This document shows, one piece after another, positions 9,575-19,403 of a DNA stretch of 64,000 bases (its first letter is position 1; the number at the start of each line of letters is the position of its first letter). The DNA is from a phage: sequence record PQ400055.1; one strand, given 5' to 3'. Position numbers and translations under genes: made by a program. The notes under the pieces were generated by a model. That model was not told the DNA's origin. It did no database searches and saw nothing but the letters and a program-made list of their open reading frames with translations.

Positions 9575-11243
9575 TCATTTCAGTGAATCGCCCACGTTTA
9601 ACCATCTTGAGATGACGGCTAAAATCATCAGGGTTATGGTCACGATGGCTGATAATATACACGTTATCATCTAACTTGTCAATGATGGAATCAAGTGCTT
9701 TTACGCCTTGAACGTCCGTAGCCCCATCATAAATTTCGTCGAGTACCAACAAAGAAATGTTAGTACCAGATACTTTACCAGCAACATCACGCCATGTAAA
9801 GAGCATCGCAAGGTCAATACGTGCTTTTTCGCCTTGACTGAACGATGTATACGAAAACGATTCACGCCCCCGTGATTTGATTGTTTCGTTAAACTCTTCA
9901 TCTAGCGTAAAGATATAATCCGCTTCCATGATATCAAGATAATACGCAATCCGATCATTGAAATATGGAATATATTTCTTGACGATAGACGCCTTAACAC
10001 CGGAATCCTTCAACATTTCTGTTACAAATCCACGGTGATATTTTTCAAGAACTAGCTTTGATTTTTCATTAGTAATCTCTACCAGTTCGTGTTCCAGTTT
10101 AGCAAGTTCTTCGGAATTGTCAACCCTTTCTTTTTGTAATTCCTGAATTGCTTTCTGGATCTGTTTAGCCCGACCTACAGATGCCGTTAAATTCGCTCTC
10201 TGTGACTCTATAGCGCGTTTAATTTCCAAGACCTTAGTTTGTGCTGTCTGGAAAGAATTGGCTTTCTCTGCGTATTCTACGCGTTTCTCGTCAATAAGAG
10301 ACAGTTTATGTTCGGCTTGTGCTTTTTGTTCGCGTACAGCCTGATCATTACCCTGAATGATCGGTTGTGTGCACGTAGGACAGATCCCGCCTTTCTCGTG
10401 CATATGGATAACACGGTCAAAGTTCTGGATCTGCGCACCAATCTGTGCGATAGCAGTATTAATTTTAGCCAATGCTGCGCTAGGATCTTCCGGCATAACA
10501 ACAGCCAATAGCTCATCGGTCAAGCGCGTTTCTTCGGCTTTAAACGCTTTAGCTGATTCTACTTCTTTCTCGTACATATTCTGCAAACGCTGTAGATTCT
10601 CGGCACTCGCCTTGCTAGCGTCTTCTATGTACTTTTTATGAGTGTTGATTTGTTGCTGAACGTGATTAGCTTTCATTTCCTGCATTTGGATATTCTGGGT
10701 AATCTCTCGCACATACGCTTTATTCAGTTTATCCATTTCGCCTAGCGTAGCAATATCAAGCAAATCCTCGACCAGTTTACGGCGACCCGCTGCCGGAAGA
10801 CTCATAAACGGAACATAACCAGCAGTGCCTAAAACAACGATCTGTTTAAAGCTGGCTAGGTTCATGCCTATGATACCTTCAAAATATTCCTGAAAGTCTT
10901 TGGTGCTTGCGCTCTCGTCGATCTTTTGACCGTCGCGATGCACTTCGAATACTTCCGGTTTTTGACCACGTTTGATATAAAACTCTTTCCCGTCCAGTTC
11001 AAACCAGACTTCGACTAACAGTTTCTTTTTGTTGACGCTGTTAATCAATTGGCCTTTCTTGATACTACGAAACGGTTTACCGAACAACACAAAGCAAAGC
11101 GCCTCGATCATTGTTGATTTACCAGCACCGTTAACACCAGTGATTAGTGTCTTTTTGAATCCGTCTAGCTGAATCTCTACAGGTTCAGCACCCACGCTCA
11201 TTATATTTTGATAGCGCAAGGTTTTAAAATTTAACTTTGCCAT
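9561..11243 (-). CDS. 46: recombination endonuclease subunit gp46 (SbcC/Rad50-like)
   Basis: Start at internal ATG (M6); Walker A GVNGAGKST, coiled-coil middle, signature SQGEKARIDLAMLF and Walker B LLVLDE; T4 gp46-like. Confidence 0.9.
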   Translation of the reverse strand: MAKLNFKTLRYQNIMSVGAEPVEIQLDGFKKTLITGVNGAGKSTMIEALCFVLFGKPFRSIKKGQLINSVNKKKLLVEVWFELDGKEFYIKRGQKPEVFEVHRDGQKIDESASTKDFQEYFEGIIGMNLASFKQIVVLGTAGYVPFMSLPAAGRRKLVEDLLDIATLGEMDKLNKAYVREITQNIQMQEMKANHVQQQINTHKKYIEDASKASAENLQRLQNMYEKEVESAKAFKAEETRLTDELLAVVMPEDPSAALAKINTAIAQIGAQIQNFDRVIHMHEKGGICPTCTQPIIQGNDQAVREQKAQAEHKLSLIDEKRVEYAEKANSFQTAQTKVLEIKRAIESQRANLTASVGRAKQIQKAIQELQKERVDNSEELAKLEHELVEITNEKSKLVLEKYHRGFVTEMLKDSGVKASIVKKYIPYFNDRIAYYLDIMEADYIFTLDEEFNETIKSRGRESFSYTSFSQGEKARIDLAMLFTWRDVAGKVSGTNISLLVLDEIYDGATDVQGVKALDSIIDKLDDNVYIISHRDHNPDDFSRHLKMVKRGRFTEMNVNI

Positions 11244-11487
11244 TAATCCACTCCGCAATCACACATTCCATAATATTAAATGCTAACACATCTTCATCAA
11301 TGTTGTAAACACTTGCCGCCTTCACTTTAACTAATGTGTCTCTGCGATCTGGCAACATGATCACATAATCCAGTGTCGCAGGATCATATGTCATAAAGGG
11401 ATCAACATAAATCCCTTTATTCAATGCCAGATATTCGTGAAGACCTTCTATAACCCTGTGTCTAAGGTAGGTCATCGATAGAATCAT
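11224..11487 (-). CDS. hypothetical protein
   Basis: 87 aa ORF in the 46-47 interval. Confidence 0.45.
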   Translation of the reverse strand: MILSMTYLRHRVIEGLHEYLALNKGIYVDPFMTYDPATLDYVIMLPDRRDTLVKVKAASVYNIDEDVLAFNIMECVIAEWINGKVKF

Positions 11488-12080
11488 TTTAGTTTATGTT
11501 CCTCTAAAAATTCTTCAATTTCACCTTGCAGGTCTTCCGCTTGCTGTTCCAGAATATCGCGAAATTCACCTACAGTCAAGCGGTGATCACATTTCACCAG
11601 TCGATGCGGGAGAATATATCCCTTGTACATTGTCTCTGACGCTTCCAGGAATACACCGCTATGCATGACAGAGATCCAACCTGTTAGCGTCAATGGAGTA
11701 TTCGGAAAATAATACTTGCTGGATTGTATCCACTGGACGAAAGCACCATATACAATCGGATTATATTCACCAACCACACTCTTAATAATTGCTTCTACTT
11801 TGTCTTTTACAAAGTCGCCAATGTCCATAGTTACCATCAAATCCTGTGGATGAATAACTTTAAGGTAACGACGGTAGCCGTCATCATACCACATCTTAAC
11901 CACTGGCTGACCCCACATTTTAGCAATACGCGCTTTCAGATAGCCATAGATTGGATTCTTGTGATATGATTGTTTTATTGTGTATTTGTTCACCAATTCA
12001 ATAAAATGTTCAATTACCAGCGAATCAGAATCAGCCGCGACCATAGTCATATTCATAATATGTTCCTCGTTCAATCTCAT
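11484..12080 (-). CDS. hypothetical protein
   Basis: 198 aa ORF, 46-47 interval. Confidence 0.5.
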   Translation of the reverse strand: MRLNEEHIMNMTMVAADSDSLVIEHFIELVNKYTIKQSYHKNPIYGYLKARIAKMWGQPVVKMWYDDGYRRYLKVIHPQDLMVTMDIGDFVKDKVEAIIKSVVGEYNPIVYGAFVQWIQSSKYYFPNTPLTLTGWISVMHSGVFLEASETMYKGYILPHRLVKCDHRLTVGEFRDILEQQAEDLQGEIEEFLEEHKLK

Positions 12081-12348
12081 ATTGTTTCAGGTCTTCTAAA
12101 AGTTCATCCATTGCTTGTTTCAGCACATGACGCAGCGTAAAGTAATAGCTTTCATCAAATTCTATCTCCTCGCGAGGAATAGAACGAATCTTACACTTAA
12201 CGGTAGTGTCAGTGAGTCGCTTTTCTAGCATCATCCGAACTTCTTCATGCTCTTTGGAATACCATACGTCAACGGAGATCCCCTTACGGCGAGCGAACAT
12301 CGGCAACGCTGCATTAAATTCCATTACTTTTTGTGTAAGTGTTTTCAT
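12031..12348 (-). CDS. hypothetical protein
   Basis: 105 aa ORF; overlaps its neighbour so the true start may be downstream. Confidence 0.45.
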   Translation of the reverse strand: MKTLTQKVMEFNAALPMFARRKGISVDVWYSKEHEEVRMMLEKRLTDTTVKCKIRSIPREEIEFDESYYFTLRHVLKQAMDELLEDLKQYEIERGTYYEYDYGRG

Positions 12349-12596
12349 CGTACAGACTCCATAGATCCACGCGCAATAACATTCTGGGTAATATCAGCAA
12401 TCTTACGGGATACAATGGTTGCTAGTTCCAGTCTAGTGATATTGTCTCGGTCGAAAGGAATTTCGTCATGTGTCCACATCCCGTAGTTAGAACGGAAGGA
12501 TAGCATATGTTGACCATTCCGAACAACCTCAAAAACTCGGATCTTAGTAAACTTCTCTAAACTTGCGTTAAATTCTTTCAGTGCATCAGTAATCAT
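12345..12596 (-). CDS. hypothetical protein
   Basis: Start moved to internal ATG (M5) preceded by GGAGG; the track N-terminus covers the promoter region. Confidence 0.45.
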   Translation of the reverse strand: MITDALKEFNASLEKFTKIRVFEVVRNGQHMLSFRSNYGMWTHDEIPFDRDNITRLELATIVSRKIADITQNVIARGSMESVR

Positions 12597-12621
12597 AATA
12601 ACCTCCAATCAATTTTTAATG

Positions 12622-12650
12622 AGTATAACGGGGATTTCTCCCCGCGTCAA
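12622..12650 (-). promoter_or_regulatory. sigma70-type promoter (TTGACG-17-TATACT) with hairpin in spacer
   Basis: Reverse complement reads TTGACG, then CGGGGA-gaaa-TCCCCG palindrome, then TATACT; sits directly after the gene 47 stop. Confidence 0.4.
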
Positions 12651-13676
12651 CTAACTTTTTGCGCTATTTACTTCTGCTAAAAGTTCATCAGAGATACGCT
12701 TAACTGCCGCAAGTTCTTCCGGTTCTAGGTTTTGTTCTTCCAGATATTCATAGACCATCTGAATAGTGCTTTTAACTTCAATAACACCTGTTTCCTGTGA
12801 TGCGCTACTCTCCAGTTTATGGACCACTTTTAGCTTGTGTACAACGGCCTCTAACGCGCTTTCTAACTTAGTTAACCCATTATCAGCAACCGTTGCAATA
12901 AGACGCACACTAAGCCCCTTAAAGCGTTCTACATCGATTTTATCATCTGACGGGTAAGTGATACGCACATGATAAGTTTTGTCATTCTGGATAAACTCTT
13001 TTTTGTGTGTATCGGTATCGAATACCCAAAACCCACGCGGATCGTTTTCGTCACCCGCCGTTAGTGTGTATGGTGTACCGATATACGTTACATTACCGCC
13101 ATCGCTGATAGTATGAAAATGACCGGAAAACACTTCACGGTATTTCTTGAGGAAGTCCGCGCTATAACCTTCGGATTTTAGCCCTTTATAGAAATAGTAA
13201 CCGGACAATTCCCAATGGCCTACACAATATTCGCTGAATGAGTTTTGAATAAACTCTAAAATCTCTGATTTATTGTCATCACAAAACCACGGGAACAGAT
13301 CAAATGATACACCATCAAAGGTAACTGTTTCCGGTTTATCGATAACCTTAATGCAATCATACTGGCTTAACACTTCACGCGGTGCGTTAGGCTGGATCTT
13401 GTTTCGTTTAAACATATCATGGTTCCCGACCGTGATATAACAAGTAATTCCAGCCTCTTCCAGTAATGGGATGACCTTAGTACGGTTAAATTTCATGGTT
13501 TCATGGGTAATTGCTTTTCGGCAATCAAACCAATCCCCTGTTTGAATCCATGTCTTAATATTATGCTCTTTGGAGTATTCAACCGCCTTCTTGATGGTAT
13601 CAAGAATATACTCATGCACCCACGGATCATCGCCACCGATACCAGTATGCAGATCACCTAAAAGCAAAATTTTCAT
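12651..13676 (-). CDS. 47: recombination endonuclease subunit gp47 (Mre11/SbcD-like phosphoesterase)
   Basis: 341 aa; MKILLLGDLH, GDWFD, GNHD, GHWE, GHFH metallophosphatase motifs; T4 gp47-like. Confidence 0.9.
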   Translation of the reverse strand: MKILLLGDLHTGIGGDDPWVHEYILDTIKKAVEYSKEHNIKTWIQTGDWFDCRKAITHETMKFNRTKVIPLLEEAGITCYITVGNHDMFKRNKIQPNAPREVLSQYDCIKVIDKPETVTFDGVSFDLFPWFCDDNKSEILEFIQNSFSEYCVGHWELSGYYFYKGLKSEGYSADFLKKYREVFSGHFHTISDGGNVTYIGTPYTLTAGDENDPRGFWVFDTDTHKKEFIQNDKTYHVRITYPSDDKIDVERFKGLSVRLIATVADNGLTKLESALEAVVHKLKVVHKLESSASQETGVIEVKSTIQMVYEYLEEQNLEPEELAAVKRISDELLAEVNSAKS

Positions 13677-13766
13677 AGTCTCTTCCTCTCTTCGTTTTCG
13701 ATGCTCTCACTATATCACAGAAAAATAAAAAGGGAAACCCCTTTCAGAGTCTCCCTTATAAAGCCA

Positions 13767-14054
13767 TTACAGCATACTTAATACCGTTTGCCGTGTACTA
13801 ATCCACATAGCAGAAAGCAGTTCTGGCGTGTGTGGCTGTTTGTAGATATCACGTAACTTTCCGATAGCGTAGATATACGCATCACGGTTATCATCGATGA
13901 TAGCTTGTTCAGCCCACCGCTTAAGGCGTGCAATCTCTCGCGAGTTCTTACGCAAGATCTTTTCCGCTTTCTTAGCGGCTTTAGCCTCTAGTTCTGCTTG
14001 TACTTTGTCTACTTCATTCACTGCAATCTGGTCATGCTGTTCATTGCAAGTCAT
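13767..14054 (-). CDS. hypothetical protein
   Basis: 95 aa ORF between 47 and 55 (T4 has alpha-glucosyltransferase here; this ORF is too small to be one). Confidence 0.45.
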   Translation of the reverse strand: MTCNEQHDQIAVNEVDKVQAELEAKAAKKAEKILRKNSREIARLKRWAEQAIIDDNRDAYIYAIGKLRDIYKQPHTPELLSAMWISTRQTVLSML

Positions 14055-14055
14055 A

Positions 14056-14289
14056 TTATTTTACCTCTGGGATATAATCAATTATTAAAGAAAATTCATC
14101 TTCTGATACATTATAGCTATGTGAGATTGTACCCGTAAAGACCTCAAGATCCGGTGATTTGATATTGCACGGATCGATAATCACCGGAACGCCGCAATCT
14201 CTCAAAAATAATTTGGCGAAATACGGCACAAGGTCAGTTTCAAACTCTGCTTCTTCCAGCAAACGGGAAATGTTAATTTTCAATCTCAT
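14056..14289 (-). CDS. hypothetical protein
   Basis: 77 aa ORF overlapping the 3' end of gene 55. Confidence 0.45.
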   Translation of the reverse strand: MRLKINISRLLEEAEFETDLVPYFAKLFLRDCGVPVIIDPCNIKSPDLEVFTGTISHSYNVSEDEFSLIIDYIPEVK

Positions 14290-14806
14290 AAAATTGGTCC
14301 AAGCTAGGCAATTCCTCGGTCAATACATCTTCAACCTTTGGCGCTTTCGGTTTATTGACCGATTCCTCGTAGTTGTTGATTTTATCGTAAATGTCCTGTA
14401 TGAATGCCTCATCAGCAATCTGGCACATATCAGCGTCGCGTTCGTCATATACATGATGCACAAAATATTTGTATTTTGCGGCTGTCGCTGTTCTCTCTTT
14501 TTTAATGCGCTGTACAAAAGCATTAAAGCACGCTTGCGTGATGTAAGCATGAGGATTTTTATACTTTGTCTCGTCAAAATTAATCAAACCCTTGACCGCC
14601 GCTTCGATTCCGTCGTCGATCATTTCTTCGCGCCACGTTTGACTATAACCAGAAAAGTTAAAACGACGTGATAGATTTTTAGAGATTTGCATAATTGCTA
14701 GGCCGATTTGATCGCTCATTGGAACTTGCCGACCTTCTGCTGCAATTTGTTGTTTCCAACGGCAAATTTCTTCGTAAAGCTCTTTATTGTTTACATAATC
14801 AGACAC
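14273..14806 (-). CDS. 55: late-transcription sigma factor gp55
   Basis: 177 aa; YVNNKEL...RFNFSGY...[29 protein letters not shown] nearly matches T4 gp55; the start codon appears to be GTG. Confidence 0.85.
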   Translation of the reverse strand: MSDYVNNKELYEEICRWKQQIAAEGRQVPMSDQIGLAIMQISKNLSRRFNFSGYSQTWREEMIDDGIEAAVKGLINFDETKYKNPHAYITQACFNAFVQRIKKERTATAAKYKYFVHHVYDERDADMCQIADEAFIQDIYDKINNYEESVNKPKAPKVEDVLTEELPSLDQFYEIEN

Positions 14807-14846
14807 TTCGCACCCTCGCTATTATTTAGGAAATAACCCTTTCGGG

Positions 14847-16316
14847 CTATTCCCCATTACCATTATACTTTCTTTGCTTAGTTATCCACACTCTAACCAT
14901 CTCTACAGATTCGCCGTCAGACGGATCAAGAGTTTTTCCTTTTTTCTTCATGCGGTACTTAAATCCGTTAAATCTTGCATTCTCTTGCTCGTTAAAGTCG
15001 AACATCTTTTTAAATGATTTTCGCCCTTTACGTTCACCACATTCTAGCGGAATCATTCGATCTGTTATTACATTGGCATTAGGCAGAAACGTTTTTAGAT
15101 AATCCACCAACGCCCAATCAGGAACATATAGATTAACATTCTCCTTGCTCTCGTTGTCTCTCAGGTTACAACGCAAACATAATTGAAATGCTGGTTCCAG
15201 ATAATCAGACACATGACGCGCTTTCAAAAACTCGTTTGTCGGGAGATCACAACTATTAGCAAGACCTTTTAAAATATCAATCTCCCATCGTTGAGGGTTA
15301 AAGCTGAACATCACAGCAACATTTTTATGATGAATGTAAGAGTTAAGACCATAAGACCCGTAAGGTATCCGCTCACCAATACCATTTGTACACGCTTCAC
15401 GGTCCCGATTCACGGTATAAATGAAGTCATCGCCACATTCATTTTTAACCATATCAACAAGACGTTCAAAGGTATTGTTTGTTTCTGACTGGTGACGCGA
15501 CCATCGTTCAGAGTCCGTCATAAGGATGATATTAACTCTATCTGTATTTTTATACTCTTTGAAATATAGTCTGGATTCTAGCGCACTCGGAACAAAATCG
15601 CAATTTGCATAGTATCGTAGATACTTCCCACTATATGTATCAAAGAGATTTGCACATGCTATCGTAACCTTTTTAAAGTCTCCCCACGTACCGTGTTTGT
15701 TATCGTTCAAGAAAACAATTTTCGACCCATTCTTCCGGTGTCCTTCGTTATGTTTTACCATAACGTTGATTTTCTTCTCTAATAACGCCTCATAAAGCCC
15801 TCTAAGAGAAGAATCGATCATATCAGTACCATCCTTCGCACTTTCTATCTTTTCTTTGATAGCGGCCTTCTCAGAGTCTTTTAGAACTAAGTTCTGTAGG
15901 CATTCCGATTCGTCGGCGATTGGTTCGCAATGCTTCGTGATAAGTTCAAGATTAGACTTAAACGGATACTCATTAAATTCAACCAGTTGAGGAACTTCAT
16001 CAATGTAAAGAGCATAATCACCAAACATTTTTGAACGTTCCATATTAGATAACGCTGTATGTGTAATGAATATCACATCAGCACCATCTTTAACTGATTG
16101 CATTATCGACGCTTGCACTGTCTTAAGGCTTCTTAGTCTTGTGCTATCAATCAAGACAGCACGACCGCCCATTCTTTTAAACTTATTGTAAGATTGTTCA
16201 CTTAAAACACGAGATGGCGAAGCAATAACCGCTTTTTCTTTTGTCTCTAGGACGTGGGAAAGTATAGCATCAGTTTTCCCCGCCGCTGGCAATGCGATTA
16301 ATGTTTCAATCTTCAT
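14847..16316 (-). CDS. uncharacterised P-loop NTPase with helicase-like N-terminal domain
   Basis: 489 aa; motif I ALPAAGKT, Ia-like ASPSRVLSEQ, DExx-like LYIDEVPQ; lysine/arginine-rich C-terminus; no T4 core counterpart recognised. Confidence 0.6.
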   Translation of the reverse strand: MKIETLIALPAAGKTDAILSHVLETKEKAVIASPSRVLSEQSYNKFKRMGGRAVLIDSTRLRSLKTVQASIMQSVKDGADVIFITHTALSNMERSKMFGDYALYIDEVPQLVEFNEYPFKSNLELITKHCEPIADESECLQNLVLKDSEKAAIKEKIESAKDGTDMIDSSLRGLYEALLEKKINVMVKHNEGHRKNGSKIVFLNDNKHGTWGDFKKVTIACANLFDTYSGKYLRYYANCDFVPSALESRLYFKEYKNTDRVNIILMTDSERWSRHQSETNNTFERLVDMVKNECGDDFIYTVNRDREACTNGIGERIPYGSYGLNSYIHHKNVAVMFSFNPQRWEIDILKGLANSCDLPTNEFLKARHVSDYLEPAFQLCLRCNLRDNESKENVNLYVPDWALVDYLKTFLPNANVITDRMIPLECGERKGRKSFKKMFDFNEQENARFNGFKYRMKKKGKTLDPSDGESVEMVRVWITKQRKYNGNGE

Positions 16317-16603
16317 TAGAAACCCTTACGTCGTGCTTTCTGGCATTTCTTGATCATTTTATCAGAAATTTCGCGCTTAGGTGCAATCTCTTTCACACCG
16401 AAAGCACTAATGCCAAATTCAGAGAGAATATATTCAACAAACAATTCACGCACACGCGCTTTACCGATATTCACGCCGTTATTTTTCAGATATGTCTGGC
16501 CTTCGACTTGCATCAGATCTAAATCTGCGTCGGTAATATTGATTTCTTCCATGCGCCCAAATCGAGAATAAACCATGTGTGCGATTGCATTGTGTACTAA
16601 CAT
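16316..16603 (-). CDS. hypothetical protein
   Basis: Start set to internal ATG (M7) with upstream GAGG; basic C-terminus. Confidence 0.45.
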   Translation of the reverse strand: MLVHNAIAHMVYSRFGRMEEINITDADLDLMQVEGQTYLKNNGVNIGKARVRELFVEYILSEFGISAFGVKEIAPKREISDKMIKKCQKARRKGF

Positions 16604-16624
16604 AATATATTCCTCACTCAAGAA

Positions 16625-16783
16625 TTACTTAATGATACTTACTTTACCAGATCCATGACAATGAGCGCAACACCCATCACCACGCAATCCTGTTCCGTTA
16701 CAGTGTTTACACTTCTTCAACGGTAAAGCCATTATAGCAAATAAAGCAATAATGAATACCGAAACTAAATTCTCAATAATCAT
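16625..16783 (-). CDS. small membrane/Cys-rich peptide (52 aa)
   Basis: Below track cutoff; hydrophobic N-terminal segment then CKHCNGTG...GCCAHCHGSG zinc-ribbon-like motif. Confidence 0.3.
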   Translation of the reverse strand: MIIENLVSVFIIALFAIMALPLKKCKHCNGTGLRGDGCCAHCHGSGKVSIIK

Positions 16784-17042
16784 AAATCGCCCTCAGTTCT
16801 TTATAGCCTCCAATGTGCTCGTTGTCAATGAATATCTGGGGGTATACAAACCGGAGGCTCTTTGAGTTTAGCCTCCCCGCCAGTTCTTCAATCATATCAC
16901 GGTCGGGAATAATGTCAACCCCGACCTGCTTGAATACTGGTTTAAGTGTATACGGAATACCCAGATCATCCAGTAGCTTCATTGCACTAATACAACCATA
17001 ACAATGATAAGCCTCTTTCGGTATACCGTATATCTCGATCAT
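16773..17042 (-). CDS. nrdH: glutaredoxin-like protein (NrdH-like)
   Basis: 89 aa; active site CYGC; C-terminal YPQIFIDNEHIGGYKEL glutaredoxin signature; lies near nrdG as in T4. Confidence 0.65.
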   Translation of the reverse strand: MIEIYGIPKEAYHCYGCISAMKLLDDLGIPYTLKPVFKQVGVDIIPDRDMIEELAGRLNSKSLRFVYPQIFIDNEHIGGYKELRAIYDY

Positions 17043-17560
17043 TTCTCAGCCTTTAATCTTTCTAGTTCTTCTTCCAGTTCCTTGATCCGTTGGTCACGTT
17101 CAAAGTCACGCTGTAGCTTAGTGGCAAATACTCGCTTAAACTGATTGTAATCATCGATTTTAAACACTTCTTCTTCGCCATAGCGACGTACAGAAACTTC
17201 GTAGTTGTTGAAAAATTGTTCCAACATTGCATCAGTAGTCAGTTCTGACGACACCACTTTAAAATAACGTTCTTCTGATTGCAAAAACCAGTTGTGCGCG
17301 TATTCCCGTACATCATCAACATCTCGACAGGTGTATGTTTTTCCATCAATTTCAATCGCAGAAACATATTCGATATCTGACGCAATTTTTTCAAAAGCGA
17401 TAACTTTAAATGTACGGTCACCGATAAAGTCTGCTATTGCATCATTTGCAACACTGGTTGCAAATGCTTTCCGCGCTCGCTCGTTTTTCCACTGATAGGT
17501 CATACCAACAACAAACATATTACCATCAACAAACATATTACCAACCTCGCTCTTTACCAA
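17039..17560 (-). CDS. hypothetical protein, member of local paralog family (coiled-coil C-terminus)
   Basis: 173 aa; shares GxTYxWK...IEIDGKTY...F pattern with neighbouring ORFs; C-terminal KELEEELERLKAEK. Confidence 0.5.
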   Translation of the reverse strand: MVKSEVGNMFVDGNMFVVGMTYQWKNERARKAFATSVANDAIADFIGDRTFKVIAFEKIASDIEYVSAIEIDGKTYTCRDVDDVREYAHNWFLQSEERYFKVVSSELTTDAMLEQFFNNYEVSVRRYGEEEVFKIDDYNQFKRVFATKLQRDFERDQRIKELEEELERLKAEK

Positions 17561-18362
17561 TCAAAAATTCAACTTCACGACGTTTAATGTCTTCTTGAAG
17601 GTCTTTAATCTTCTGGCGATCTTGCATGATTTCATCCATCTTGTCAAGTGCCGCAATGAAATCATCGAAACGTTCAAAGGTTTTACCTTCATTTGCTTCG
17701 CCAAATTTAACCATTGTCAGGCCGTAACGACTACTAAACAGACGTTTCAACTGTCCAACGATCTTAGAATCAGTGGTTATAACTTCCAATTCTTCTACTT
17801 CACGAAAGAATTTTCTATCAGAATCAATAAACCAGCTAGTTCCTTTATGGTCTCTATCTTCGGTTGCGCTCATTAGAGTATGGTCTTTACCATCAATTTC
17901 AATTACATCAATTTGCCCACATGGACTAACATTTTTAACAGTAAAAGGTCTATAATTTATTGCTCGTGCAATAACATAATTAAGGTTAGATACGTTTTCA
18001 GCATAATGGCAGAAGTCGGTCATAGCATTCGCATCTTTCCAAGTATAAGTTTTACCAACTTCCCATTTCTGGGGAACTTCTTCAACTTCACGAAAGAATT
18101 TTCTATCGAATGGACTAAAGAAATATGTGGCAGTCCAAATGTCTTTTCCTGTAGCAGTTTTCGCCGTATGATAAACACCGTCTAGCTCTATTGCATCAAT
18201 CCAACCGTTACCATCGATCTCGATGATGGTAAATGGCTTGTCACCAATAGCTGCACTAATATCGCTGTTAAGTGGAGAAAGAACACCTTCTCCGTTAGTA
18301 ATAAACTCAGTTTTAGCGTTTTCATCTTTCCAGGTGTAGGTTTTACCAATTTCCCATTTCAT
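17538..18362 (-). CDS. hypothetical protein with tandemly duplicated ~95 aa domain (paralog family)
   Basis: 274 aa; two copies of MKWE(I/V)GKTYTWKD...IEIDG...DRKFFREVEE followed by a coiled-coil tail. Confidence 0.55.
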   Translation of the reverse strand: MKWEIGKTYTWKDENAKTEFITNGEGVLSPLNSDISAAIGDKPFTIIEIDGNGWIDAIELDGVYHTAKTATGKDIWTATYFFSPFDRKFFREVEEVPQKWEVGKTYTWKDANAMTDFCHYAENVSNLNYVIARAINYRPFTVKNVSPCGQIDVIEIDGKDHTLMSATEDRDHKGTSWFIDSDRKFFREVEELEVITTDSKIVGQLKRLFSSRYGLTMVKFGEANEGKTFERFDDFIAALDKMDEIMQDRQKIKDLQEDIKRREVEFLIGKERGW

Positions 18363-18374
18363 AATATATTCCCC

Positions 18375-18875
18375 TTAACCGATTTTATCAAGTTCGTTTA
18401 ATGCTTTCTCTGCTTCCTGTATAGCTTGCACTCTTTCCGGCATTTTGTCAAGAAAATCTTTCAACTCTTCAAAACTGGAGATATGACGCAAGGCATTAGC
18501 ACCGATAGCCGCATGTGATTTGCATTCAAAGCGAATTTTATAATTATCCATCGCCAATTTGAGAAGGTCTATTAGATCATATTCATGACCAGGCAATAAA
18601 ACTTCTTTGAAGCACGCTCGGTCGCCATCGGAAAACCATATATTATCACCAACATCGATAGAACTAATATAATCCCCTTCGTGATTATAGATTGAACGTA
18701 CATTACCCCAACGGTCTACCGTAGCGACAGTAAATGGTTTATCTAGATATGTAAACACACCATCAATATTAGGTTTTTGTTCGTAACGCCAACAATCACG
18801 CAAAATGCGCTTTTCGTCCTCACCAACCAACTTATATGTCTTCCCTTCTTCCCATTTCATAATATCATCTCTCAT
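18375..18875 (-). CDS. hypothetical protein (paralog family)
   Basis: 166 aa; N-terminus MKWEEGKTYKL..., same domain then helical C-terminus. Confidence 0.55.
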   Translation of the reverse strand: MRDDIMKWEEGKTYKLVGEDEKRILRDCWRYEQKPNIDGVFTYLDKPFTVATVDRWGNVRSIYNHEGDYISSIDVGDNIWFSDGDRACFKEVLLPGHEYDLIDLLKLAMDNYKIRFECKSHAAIGANALRHISSFEELKDFLDKMPERVQAIQEAEKALNELDKIG

Positions 18876-19402
18876 TTTTTGATACGTGATTCTAATTGGA
18901 TCATACGGTCGCGCGTTTGCTTGTATTCGCGGATAGCACCGATCCGGCTAGGCATACCATCAAGCACGCTCTTAATCCCTTCTAGGGTAGTGATTTTAGC
19001 AATGCTATTATGTAACCCCATCTTATCGATCAACTGAATGTCGTAGGCTTCCATAAGCAGACCCAGACGTTCTAAAGTTAGGTCTTCTTCTTTTTCTTCC
19101 GATTCTGGAATCTTAGGTTCAATAATAACTTCGGTAAAGAAACGACGCTCACCCGACCAAAACCACACACCGGAACAGCCAATAGGGGATTCTTTTAACG
19201 TCATAGAGTCGAAATCACTACCGATAATAGTAATTTCTCTAACATCACCATCATCGTCAATGTCTTCTACCCTAAACGGGCGACCAGCCAACAAGTCAAC
19301 AATACATCTGTTAATAGACGACGAAAATTTAGTCAGTTCGGCTTTCGACGCTTCGCATTCAATCTTGTAAGTTTTACCAACTTCCCATTCCATAATAATC
19401 AC
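18872..19402 (-). CDS. hypothetical protein (paralog family)
   Basis: 176 aa; N-terminus MEWEVGKTYKI..., ...GERRFFTEV, helical C-terminus. Confidence 0.55.
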   Translation of the reverse strand: MIIMEWEVGKTYKIECEASKAELTKFSSSINRCIVDLLAGRPFRVEDIDDDGDVREITIIGSDFDSMTLKESPIGCSGVWFWSGERRFFTEVIIEPKIPESEEKEEDLTLERLGLLMEAYDIQLIDKMGLHNSIAKITTLEGIKSVLDGMPSRIGAIREYKQTRDRMIQLESRIKK

Positions 19403-19403
19403 C

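Noticed and set aside
13720-13752. Weak hairpin AAAGGG-gtttc-CCCTTT upstream of gene 47 as a terminator or middle promoter
   Set aside because: The stem is short and no MotA box or clear -35 was found; too weak to annotate.
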